Source: Priapulus caudatus
Taxonomy: Eukaryota
Assembly (NCBI RefSeq): GCF_000485595.1
Contig: NW_014577084.1
Coordinates: 879,695 to 941,673 of the forward strand
Direction of reading: 5' to 3'
Length of the DNA: 61,979 bases
Shown here: positions 1 to 11,800 of the stretch, piece after piece
Layout: each line of letters opens with the position of its first letter
How positions within the stretch are numbered: the first letter of the stretch is position 1
Position numbers and translations under genes: made by a program
The notes under the pieces: generated by a model
What the model saw: only the letters and a program-made list of their open reading frames with translations
Database searches by the model: none
What the model was told of the DNA's origin: nothing

Positions 1-277
1 CCTGGTGGGTAATCGTCCTGGTGGGTAATCGTCCTGGTGGGTAATCGTCCTGGTGGGTAATCGTCCTGGTGGGTAATCGTCCGGGTGGGTAATCGTCCTG
101 GTGGGTAATCGTCCGGGTGGGTAATCGTCCTGGTGGGTAATCGTCCGGGTGGGTAATTGTCCTGGTGGGTAATTGTCCGGGTGGGTAATCGTCCTGGTGG
201 GTAATCGTCCGGGTGGGTAATCGTCCTGGTGGGTAATCGTCCGGGTGGGTAATTGCCCACCAGGATATCATTCCTGC
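1..277. repeat. Tandem array of the 16-mer CCTGGTGGGTAATCGT (about 15 copies), probably the subterminal array of a DNA transposon end
   Basis: Direct inspection; the array ends in a short hairpin (ggtgggtaattgcccacc) followed by ..atcattcctgc. Confidence 0.85.
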
Positions 278-626
278 TTACGCTGCGTGGCTTACGCGGG
301 TGAGCATACGGGCGCGCGCTCATGTGTGTATCATAGGTGTTGTAAAAAGCCGAAAAATAAAGCCTCAAACGCCACTAGTAAGCCTAGCCGAAAAACATCT
401 CTAGTATGACTCTGCGTGTGTGCGCGTGCGTGTGTTGTGTTTGTGTAGACGATCGTGCGGGCGTGTTAGTGCGAACGTATAATGCCGTGTGTGGTTCACG
501 CTTCTCTGATCCCTGAGGTCTGCCATGCAGCTCAGCTAAAAACAAAAAATGTATTCCACTGTCTAGTATCTCTGCGAACCCAGTGTCTTCATTTCAATTA
601 CTTACTCATGTTTTGTTTGTTTTCAG

Positions 627-2837
627 ATGACGTCTCAATCTTACTTGTGCGTTTCAACCACAAAAACCACAGTGTAAGTACAGAGACATGATCTCCTGTT
701 ATATGTGTAATAATGATTTTTTATCAGTTTGCTTCCGCGAGTTTATTTTCCCGAGTGCATATATGATTATTGAACTGTCTGCCCGGCAATCGGAAAGCGA
801 TGCGTTTCTTTTCATGCACGGCAGTTCAAGATAGACTCCTCGCGGAATATAAATAAAGATCTTGGTACATGCAGTTAGTGATACGTTGTAGCGCTACTGC
901 GTTAAGCTCTACTCTCGGGTTCTTATCAGTGGCCTAATCCAATGACAACTGTCGAGTTTTTAACTGTGAACAATATACTTGATGCTAGTTCTATGCAGTA
1001 ACTGCAGAAATTGAAACATCGTCTTTGTAAGAAAGTGCACGCACTGCGTCATCTACCGTTGGCTCTCGGTTAATATGTCAAGCAGCAGTATAGAAACATA
1101 GCCTCGAAACAACTCACAAAATTGCTAATAGTAGCCCATAAGAAATCCGTTTGGAGGATGTTTTTGGCAACCCTGTTCTTTACGATACACCACAATGCCT
1201 GTGATCATGATGACTCACGCCAAGGTTGGCTTTCGCAAAGAGGCTCATTCGTGCCAAGTTTGTATGCAGATGTAATTGTCAGTCGTCTGAGTATGGCACG
1301 CTACGTTGCTAGGAAGAAATATCCGACTAATAGCTGACAATGAGAGCAATCTTTCCAGACTGCACTGCTGCAATTAGTACTGTACTACTTTTTAATGTCC
1401 TGTGGTAAAATTGAGGATTATACAATGCAAATCGTTGTGTATTTTTCAGTGACTGTTACAACCAACGAAGTGTAATCATACAACGAGGTTCTCAATGAAC
1501 TCTGTTATAATCCCCTAGTCTGTGGTCACTTTTACGCAGTCTCAATTAACTGCCTATGGATCAAAACACACCTGTACAGGACTCGTCCATGCGCTTATTG
1601 AGCAAACGTTTGTGACAAAATTTACGATATATCGGTCATCCGCTATGAAGCATCCGTGCGTTTGCTGTGTAAAACTACATTTTGAATGTGTAGCTTATTG
1701 GAGGTAATGGGTCTTACAGCGGTTCAGGCCAGGAGGGAGACTACGAGGACAACAGCGATGATGAAGACTTGCAAAATTTCTCCTTGTGCGTACCCGCTGA
1801 GAGTTCCTCGACTCATCGTCACCAGATCACTCAGGAAGAAGCAGGCTTGGAACCGATTTCTCATCCTGCAATACAAGAAGACTTGTTGCATGGTGTTGAG
1901 CCGTCTCCAGACAGTGACAGAGCCACCCTTGAACAGGATATAATGAAGGTTGCATACTCGTGCCGCCATCTACAAACTACTTTATTTATTAACCGCTTAA
2001 ATATTCAGAAAGATGACTTCAGTGGCATATGGCCAAATTAGTATGCCAAGCATGCATGATTTGCGGCCTAACGACCCCAAAAAATATACATACGTACTTA
2101 TTTTATAACCGTCACTTACTCATTTCTTGAAACAATGACTTATGAAATTTTTTCTTTACATTACAATAACAGCCTCAATATTAATTATTATATAACATAT
2201 CCGTTTTGCTTACCAATAACAATTCATTGTTGCTTCTCTGACCGTTGATTTGATGAAACGTTGAATTCACTAGCATTAAAATTATTTGTATTTTTAGTTC
2301 ATCCAACTATGGGAAGAAGAAAGAGAAGTCAATCAGCAATTGATTGAAAATCTTGACAGGAGCAATGAACGAATTCGCGACCTCGGGGATGAGCTGGGCT
2401 TCGTATCTATGGTAAGCTATAGTGTTTCTATACTGTGTTTCACGTTTACTGTCTGTCGGGTGTAGCTATACTATATACTATACTATGCTAGCTATACTAT
2501 ACTAATTTGTTTATGTATTCATGCATGTCTTATATACTATATCCACATCGTTCCCACTTCTGTGTCTTTATTATTCCAAATTTAGTTACGTAATTTATGC
2601 TGTAATAAATAATGTGGTTGGGCTTGGTTAACCGCCGTCAACGTCATTGTTGAGATGACAACTTGCTTTTTCAGTCAAGATATTTGATTATCTGATGTTA
2701 TTTTATCCAGTGTTGTTGTTTACTTGCAGGATCTCCACAAGTTGTTGAAGGAGAACAGAAGTCTCAAGGAAGAGAATGAAGATCTGGCAATGGAAAACCA
2801 GGCTCTTATCAGTGCTATACAAAACATTAAAATATAA
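627..2837 (+). CDS. Putative spliced coiled-coil protein (~165 aa, or the 3' end of a longer gene) with a MYPT1/PPP1R12-like C-terminal leucine zipper
   Basis: Phase-compatible exons 627-673, 1720-1948, 2298-2411, 2730-2837. The last two have strong splice sites and encode FIQLWEEEREVNQQLIENL..DLHKLLKENRSLKEENEDLAMENQALISAIQNIKI*. The first two exons are less certain (donor AAG|gttgca is weak). Confidence 0.55.
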
Positions 2838-4127
2838 ATCAAGGCTCGAATTGCAACCTAGTATAACGTGACCCATGCATTGTATTCATTAACCATGTTT
2901 TGCTAAACTTGAGGTTATATTTCTATCAAAGCTTTTGTCAAACTGTGAATGCTGCAAATAATAGTGATTATGCAGTAATGCCCCACGTTACGACCACCCG
3001 GGTCACCTAAATTCGCATGCATAATTTGTAAACTATGACCACCTTATTCGCAATACGTAATGAAATTTCGCTGTCGCATACTTTAAAAAAAGAATAAGAG
3101 CGTTTTCTACTGGGAGACGCATGCGTGCACATAGATGCAAGCGTGTATGTGGACGTGTGCCTACCTACACACACGCGCATGCGTGCACGCACATGCGATC
3201 GTGCACACATGCATACGCATGCACCATTATATTCCTATTCCATTATATTCCTTCCCTTTCCTCCTTCCTCCCTAGATTAATTCTAATGTTGCCATTATAA
3301 TCCTTCAAATTTTTCGAAACCACTTTTAAATAGCCTTTCACACAATGTACCTCCCCCCCCCCCCCGTCGCGACCTCGGTCCCTATGTCGAACAAAAATGC
3401 TGATGGCACCCTTGCTAGCTGATAATAGTGCCCCTCCCTCTTCCTCCTATTAACTGCAAATGTGAGCGCTCCCTTTCCCTCCCAGTATTGTCATGATACT
3501 GTGTTACATCATTAATTAAATTAATCAATGTGTGCGTTTATAAAGGTTTACTTCCATTCATACTTGTCGTATCTTTCTAGTTTGAAAATTTTCCGTAGAA
3601 ACACATCTACAGGTAATGGCAGCTACCATATACGTATAAAGAAAGCTAGTCAAAAGGGAAACATTATTCACGCTACGAATTATCGTGATACAACGGTTTC
3701 CCTGGGACGTATCATTTCCATAACGCGGGGTACCACTGCATATGATTATGGTTTAATATAGCAGGATAGGATTAAAAACGCATAGAAGCTCTTACTGGTG
3801 AGCAGTTGGATCCTGCCTTTGGCTAAGACAACATGAATGCGCCATGTCTTTCTGCGTAGTATTTATTTACTGCATAATATCATTTTCGTATGCGTATTTG
3901 CCAGCCAGTTAAAAAACAGCAACAGTTATGCTTATAATTAATCAGGTGTTTACCGTGTGGCGCTTGTCAGAGCCGTAGCTGCTGACTCATTTTGCCTTAT
4001 TGGGATGGGGTAAAGACATACGTGGTACATGTTCTGGGCAGTTGACCGTAAACACTTCGTGTTTGCATGCTAATGACCATGTAATATTTTCTCCGTTGAT
4101 CTGTTAGGTGGCAACTGCCCTTTTGTC

Positions 4128-4192
4128 CCTGCTAGCTTCAGCCTTGCTAGTACCTGCTAGCTGCAGCCTTGCTAGTACCTGCTAGCTGCAGC
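4128..4192. repeat. 25-bp tandem repeat, about 2.5 copies (cctgctagctgcagccttgctagta)
   Basis: Direct inspection. Confidence 0.8.
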
Positions 4193-6245
4193 ACACAATA
4201 TAGCACTTAATTTTCATTGGATAGTGATAGCTAGTGTTAACAATAGACAGGTGTACGTTTTGCCCTTTGAGGCATTTTGCCCAATGGTCATACATACATG
4301 ACACTGCTCTTATTTTTTATTAAGATTTTTCTAATCGCGATAAATTAGTTTGTTTTTTGGCCTTTTTATGGGTGGGTTTTATATGTAATGATGTTTTGAT
4401 CAATAGCTATTAACGACGTGCTAAGGTGTGGCTTTTGTATGCAATACACTCGGTATACTATAGTTGTATTTAAAAGTTTTATAAGGTTTGGGAGTAATCT
4501 TGTGAGTAACACCTAACTGATGGGAAGTTGATAATATTAGTGAAAAATTTATCACTGGACTTACCGTCATTGTTGTTGTATATATAGTGTATACATTGTA
4601 TCAAATAGTATCATATAGTGAGAGAGAGATGATAAACAAGGAAAACTCCTACTCTAGATGGTTATAATTTATGTCTGATTACTATTTCTTTTTTTATAAA
4701 GAGATTTGTAATCTTATATAATCTTCACGAATGTGACTCACATGATATATAATTCTAACTTGTGATTGTTGCAACGTCAACGTAATTCGTTACATGAAAT
4801 GTGGAAATTACAAAATGAAAATGATACTTCTAAAGATATATGCTATTATAATGATGGGTTATAATTAGTTATATAATATAAACCAATTAGATGTAGGCCG
4901 CATATACTGGCCATTTATTTTTAGTTATTTTTTTATTTTCTAAAATTAATTCTGCAATCCTGTTCACATTGATTCCTGCGGTAACCATTTTTCAGAATAA
5001 CTCTAGAAGGAAATGGCTTAGGCTATTTATATTTAGCGTGTAGTATAACTGTTCGGAGATCAGGAAATGTTCAGGATGGACATGGTAAAAACTTTTCCAG
5101 TTATAAACTATTTTCTGGCACATTTTTCTGCATGGATTATTCTTTTTATATGTGTCTGTAGTTAGGTATGTGTAGTGATGTTTGTCACCCTAAAATAGTG
5201 GGTTCGGTGGAGAATGCTTTTTTTCTCGAGAAAGCTTTTTATGCGGTCTCAAACTCTCAACGCATACCACCATGTTTAGCTAAAGAGTGGAATTTCCGTA
5301 TTCAACTTGCAAGTGACAACTCAATTTATGAGGAACAACACAAATTCGCGTTTCATGCATGTCTGCTTTTCATTATTTATGTAACGTGAGTTTCTTTCCA
5401 TTGGATCACAATGTTCAAATTAGGTAGAACCATAGATATGTAGGCCTACAAACACATGTGTTTTTATATATTTATAGTAATACTAACGTAATTAAAATAA
5501 GCAATAAGAACTTAATAAAATAATGTTAATTTAATAGTATTTCGTGAGAGATCAAGTACTGGGTTGCATGTGAATTTTTCCTTTACGTCTTTTTTCATAT
5601 AGTTGAATAGTGATATTCTCAAGTGACAATATAATCAAATGCGTTATATGTATTACAAAATCTCTGAAAATTAGGAGAAATTTTGCTTGAAATCTATCTT
5701 AATAAAGTAATGAGTTGATGCTCGTTATTGTATAAAAAATGAACATATATGTTGGAAAATAATAAACATTGTTTTTAAAACATCAACATGTCGTACACCA
5801 TGAGTAGTTGATGTTATGATATACGCATGTTGTAGAATAGACAAGTGCATAAAACACCATAAGGGCGTTTGACCGCGCCTAAAAACTAGAAAGCAGTTCA
5901 ATCCGCTCAAGCAAGCCGAATAATACCCAAGCAACGATTATATCGTACTTTTTCACCTATAACACAAAGCCTATGTACAAAGGCAACATTTCAGTTATTA
6001 GGTATGGGTATGGAAGTATAGTTAAGAAAGTGAGAGAATGGTGTAGAAATTTCTCATGCCCACCTACTAACTAGCACTAGCACAATCACCAACATTTTTT
6101 CGCACAGGTTGCTCGACCCTTCCGCGACTAATGTTAGACGTTTTATATTTGTTGAAATTATGCAATTGAAGCGGAGAGCACATCTCCACGGGAACTGTTG
6201 TTTTATTGGCATTGTACATTCACAGCAGAAAGCACATACTCACGA

Positions 6246-6670
6246 CAGGCGCGGATCCAGAGGATAATCGATACTACATATGCGATGCCTACGTCATGAG
6301 ACATTGTAGGAAATGTCGTTGGCGATGTATCAGGTGAGCGCTCGCTGGACGGCGTTTCGTGCTACGAGTAAATAATTACACGCTTGAGTGAAATTTCATA
6401 TGGCGACAGGCGCGGATTCAGCAGTCTAAATTCTGAAGAAAAGTGCGAGATCAGTCGCCGAATGTGGAGCGGGGAGCATTGTCCCGCAGATTTTTTTTAT
6501 AAGGAATACGATTACAATCCGATAGACTATGGTCACGATTCTTCTATTTCTAAGCACTTTATTCCGTTCAAACTAAGAAGGAAATAGTAACCCGATCCGA
6601 GAAAAAAAGCAGGCATACAATCACGATAAATGAGTTCTGAACCCCTGGACTCCGGGTGGACCCGCGCCTG
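6246..6670. mobile_element. Non-autonomous TIR element (hAT-like ends) with a 5-bp TSD
   Basis: TIRs caggcgcggatcca / tggacccgcgcctg; cacga on both flanks; a second left-end copy at ~6407. Confidence 0.6.
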
Positions 6671-7261
6671 CACGAGTAGTTTACTATGAAAAATATATTT
6701 ACCAATGCTCCACTTTAATAGATGTATTGGCTCGAAGACTTCCGGAATTTTCTAATACTGTAGCATGCTGTGTGATTAAATCTGTGTTAGCGCATGCATA
6801 GTATTTGTTAAAATACATGTATTGGTATGCTGAAATTATAGATGTAAGTAGAGAGTATAGAAAGTAGAGAGCGCATAGTGACGAGTGTTTTGCTATAATA
6901 TAAAACGTGTAACAGGGTCGTAGCTATAGCCTCCGGGGAGGGAACAGCTGAATACCTTGGGTTTTTAAGAAATTAATATGACTAATAAATGTAAAAAATT
7001 GTCAAATACATATGATACAAAATTCAATAAATCGTCAATTTAGCGTAACCTTGTCCTAAATGCGATTTATTTCATGAGTCCGCAATTAAGTAATCTTCGT
7101 CATTACTCATTTAGGTTACGAAATTTTCCCTCCTGCTCTCTTTGAATTCTCCAACGCCATGTTGTTGCAATGCTAATAATTGACGCTGTAATAATTGTTG
7201 GTGCAATACATTGTTGCTGATAATTGCCTCACCTCATATAACGGGTACAGTTATGGAATTA

Positions 7262-7403
7262 AGCCCGGCGCACACGTGAGTTATTTTACTCAAGTAAAAT
7301 GACGCATGAGTCAAATTACTCAACGAAAATCCGCCGCACACGTCAGTAAAATGACTCATGCGTCATTTTACTTGAGTAAAATAACTCACGTGTGCGCCGG
7401 GCA
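7262..7403. mobile_element. Harbinger/PIF (Tourist-like) MITE
   Basis: Perfect ~51-bp inverted repeat gcccggcgcacacgtgag...; TTA TSD. Confidence 0.85.
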
Positions 7404-8740
7404 TTACGTACCGCACAGAGAAAGATGATGCAACAAATTAGCCGCAAAAGCGCGGACCGAAAATCGTTCGGTACAATCTTCGCTTTAAGAAGAGTGCTTA
7501 TGGGATTTTATTCATTTGTGTTTCGTGTATTAGATTAGTTGATTTTAACCAATTCCAGCAGCTACCATATTACCAAATACTAATATGTATTATTATTATT
7601 ATATAATTATACTAATATATAACAAACAAAGCAAAAAGCGCGCACCGTCCAAAAACAATTTCGGAGCGGTTATGAAAAAATACAGGTATATATACAAAAA
7701 CACGCACATGATTTGTCGGTCGGACGGCCAATACTTTATTACTCAACTACAAGAATGGGAAGGAGTCTATGTTTCCCGGTTGCGTTTATAAACCTGATAA
7801 AAGATACATGGGATAGATCAATGCTAGGCCCATATCGACCCGTCTATACCGCGGCAAATTCATTTGAGTGCCAATGGATTTATAGAATGATGGGTTCTGG
7901 TAAAGTGGATGGTAAGGCCGAAACAGGCTAGGGGCGAGTATGAAGGACGTGCAAGTGTGCTGCTTGGGAACATGATGAGTTGGTATTACTATTAGGACGC
8001 AGCAGGGAAAAGGTGTATGATAGGTAGATTGTGAGGAGAATACCATATGGTAAGAAATACGGGTGTGGTATGGAGAGATACATATAGATGGCCAAGCGCT
8101 TGGATTATAAAGGGAGGCAGAGTGAACACCTGCGTTTAAATGAATGATTCTCTGGGTTCGTCGTATACTATGAAAAAATTAATTATATTAGCAAAAGACA
8201 CTAAAATATTTCGGTAAATTTGATCTCTCTTGATGATAAGGAGCTGCTGCTACCTGGCGATGGTTTCTGGAACTAGGTGGAAATTTTTGCTGTTTGGCGC
8301 CATGTTGCTACGTGAGTCGGAACGAATGAGGAATAGCCAACACCCCTCTGCGATGCAATGACATTTTCGACATGTTCATTATGGTTTTTGTTACACAGTG
8401 AATGTCTACTATGGCTCGGTATTTGATCCTATATCCACTGTGTGCTGTGCATAGGCGCCTATTTTTATGAGCGATAGATCGTTAGGATGTTATCGTATTG
8501 GTAAATATGTTCATATGGATCGTGCATTGTCCGATTTCGCCGGAGGACACATTTAAAGAGTGATGTGATGTCTGCGTTGCTATCCTACTGTCGTTAGAAT
8601 AATTTTGTGAATTTTCTTTCTTTTCCCCCGCTCATTTTAGGTGCATGAGTGACTGCGTACCGTATTATTCAGTTTATCAATATACACGGACAAGTGTAGC
8701 ATCGATCAGGGATAAGCGGTAACCTATTTCGTGCGTAGAA

Positions 8741-8832
8741 ATGGCCAAAGAACTCGGTAAAGATCCCTTGACATACGAAAGGGAGAAGCAGGCATTTCTC
8801 GACGAGCTGAAGCAATTTCATTCGTCAAGGAG
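8741..8832 (+). CDS. ARID2: ARID2 coding exon 1 (MAKELGKDPLTYEREKQAFLDELKQFHSSR)
   Basis: ATG at 8741, donor AG|gtaagc; AFLDELxQFH motif. Confidence 0.93.
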
Positions 8833-11800
8833 GTAAGCAGTTCAGTAATGATAGTTGATACCTATATATCCCTATTTTAATGTCTGAGTTCTAATAAAAT
8901 TAATCAGGATCATCCCAAGTTTTCCTTATGTGTGCTTGTTATTGTATTTACAGAACTCCTCTGAGTCGTTTACCTACAATAAGTGGCAGGGAAGTGGACT
9001 TGCATCTGCTGTACCACAAAGTAACGTCGTTGGGTGGCTGGAACAAGGTAGGCCTACCTAATTCAGTGCTTAACTGTTGACTGTTGTCACGTGACTACTA
9101 TCGCTACAACACTGCTCCACAGTTCAAGTTCAAATTTACCTCCACAGCTTAGGTCATCTAGACATTATTGCACATGCAGCCACTGTACTGTGTGGGATTG
9201 ATTTAGATCAGCTGCGCATTGCATGCACTGATGCAGTCCGCGAGCAGTGTTCTCCTGTGTGTGCTTTGGTACAGCATATGTGCATTTGGCGATTTTGTTC
9301 CAAATAAACTATAAGGATGAGGGCAGGGCATGAAATTTAGATTTTTTTACTGTCCCAGGGGCTGGTAACAGCAGTTTTTTTTACCGGCCTTCTGATTTTG
9401 TTTTTTTGAAAATAAAGAAGACTGACTGAGTCTTGTTTGTCCAAAAAATGTTGTAGTGTGCAGCATCGCTTAGTAGCTATTAAACAGACTATCATGCAGA
9501 TCGTGATTGATGTCCAAAGTGTTTTTGTTACTGTCATGTGTCACGCTTCCACTCTCGATTTCAAATTTGTAAAATGTTGATAAATCATGGTGTGATATCC
9601 TTCAAGTAAAACAGTAATGTAGGCTATTTGCTCATTAATGCTATCAATAAATATGTAGGTATTCGCTATCACGGCTGAAACCACCAGCTCAGAGGGCCGG
9701 TGTTTTGCCAATGTTACTGGCCCTCCAAATAATTTGCCGGCATATGCCATTGGGTCGGTGCTAATTTTGCGCCCTGGGAGGAGATTTTGCAAAGGAAGTG
9801 TGTAACTGCCAGTCTATGTCAGGTCACTTAGTGATAAGACTAATCCTACTGATTTCGACAATGTCAGTTTGTTTAATCCTGTTAAACCTACTATGTTTAT
9901 ATCATGTACAGGTGAAGGTGTATGCGTAGGAATGTGTGTAGACAGTGCCAGACTTATTTATGTATGCTGTCTTCCTAAAATAATTACAGTAGCTTATCTG
10001 TACCTGTTTGCACCCACACACGCATGCACACAACATGCTTACATATTGCGCACATACATACAGATGTAAACTGACCGTTTATACGTCTAGGTAGCCTTTG
10101 ATCTGTCACATAAGTATTTAATAATTGCTATACATAATTTGCATGTATTTGCTAGTTTTTGAAGTTATCGTGTTTAATGAGTAACTGTGTAGGAATCCCA
10201 CTAGGTTTCACAACCAACAAGAATTTTGGTTGTGATTTGATATCGCAGATGGTAACAAGCATCAGCTTGTAACCAGGAAGTGGGTATATAGATATATGTT
10301 ATTATATATATATCAATATCAAGAGCTAATAAACACCTAGAGTGTACAACAGGAAAACAGTGCTATTTCACGGCAATATTATTCTACTTTGCCTGCGAAT
10401 CTAGAATAAGTTCATGGTATTGCCTTTTAAGCAGCATTCTTTGCTCTCTAAAACAAGACCAACTGCTTGTCTCTACGATACTCCTAGGCCGAGATATTGG
10501 TTCGTAAACCTCCCCTCCCACAGGCCTCACGTCACCTCGCATCCAGATTATTCCCGAACCTTCTTGCCTTTTGCAGGTTAGGAAAGTCGCTTCGTGAGAG
10601 TTCTTTATTTCCGCGATGACTTTATGAATGAACGGCGTTTCGGTTATCATCGGTGACTTTCAGGGCATCACCTAGGCCCTTATCTCCCATTATCTTTTCT
10701 AGCAGGCTAATGCCCGTAATGATGGAGCCTTGTTTTCTAAATTAATTTTCTACAACGCAGCTCAGTTACTATGGTGTAGTAAGAGTACCAAATTTGGGCA
10801 TGTGACATCAATTATCAGCGCTCCAAGCGGCGCCACGATAGCCAGAATCATTAAGCATGAGAAGGTTCGGGAATAATCTGGATGCGAGACAGCGTGAGGC
10901 CTGTGGGAGGGAAGGTTTACGAGCCAATATCTCGGCCTAGGAGTAGCGTAGAGACAAGCGGTTGGTCTTGTTTTAGAGAGCAAAGAATGCTGCTAAATGC
11001 AATACCATGAACTTATTCTGGACTCGCAGGCAAAGTAGAATAATATTGCTGTGAAATAGCACTATTTCCCCGTTTTCCCGTTGTACACTCTATGTATTTA
11101 TTAGCTTTTGATATATATGCATGGTGTGATATTTGCGTAGTACTAGGGTATTAAAGGATGGAATGATATCTAATTAAATTTGGCACAATTTCGTATAGAA
11201 TTGTTGACCCATGAAAGCCATGGGAGCATGTAATTTTGCCATAGTCATGCATGCACACCCACCTGATTATTTCTTTGGTTAATTTTAAGGTCAGTGACCA
11301 AGAGCGATGGGGAGAACTTCTGGGACTATTTCATTTACCAAGAGCATGCGGTAATGCAACTGAAGCCCTTAAGCACATTTACATCCGGTAAGAAAATCTG
11401 TACGATTCATAGGTGTATATGTGTGCGTGCGTGTGCGTGCGTGTGTATTTTTTATTGCAAGTAATGTGGGTTTGTCAGCACAGTAATTGTTCATACAGTC
11501 CATAGTCTGAAACTACCAGATTTATTCACGGGCGAGTTAAATTTAGTAAAAACTATTCAGGAGGACTATCTGACAGTCAGGGTCAACAAAATTAGGCACC
11601 GTTAGTTTTTGACTAACACAAAGACACACTTTTCTGCAAGTTGTTATAACTTGATTTTATGTAAATGAAACCACCAATTATCAAATATTCGTTATCACGC
11701 ACGTTAATCAGTAACATGGACGAGCCGTGTTTGTTACTTATGGTGTGACATAGGCTACCAGATTACAAAATTAAGTATTCCGTGTAACTACCAGGCAAAA

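Noticed and set aside
1..260. CRISPR-like array
   Set aside because: Head-to-tail 16-mers with no unique spacers, in a eukaryotic context.
8254..8303. First exon of a divergent minus-strand gene (aacATGGCG..MAPNSKNFHLVPETIA, AG|gtagca)
   Set aside because: No downstream exons or homology found; equally explained as a YY1-type promoter motif.
8600..8640. Spliced-leader trans-splicing acceptor for ARID2
   Set aside because: A plausible cis donor exists at 8501, so the DNA alone gives no support for trans-splicing.
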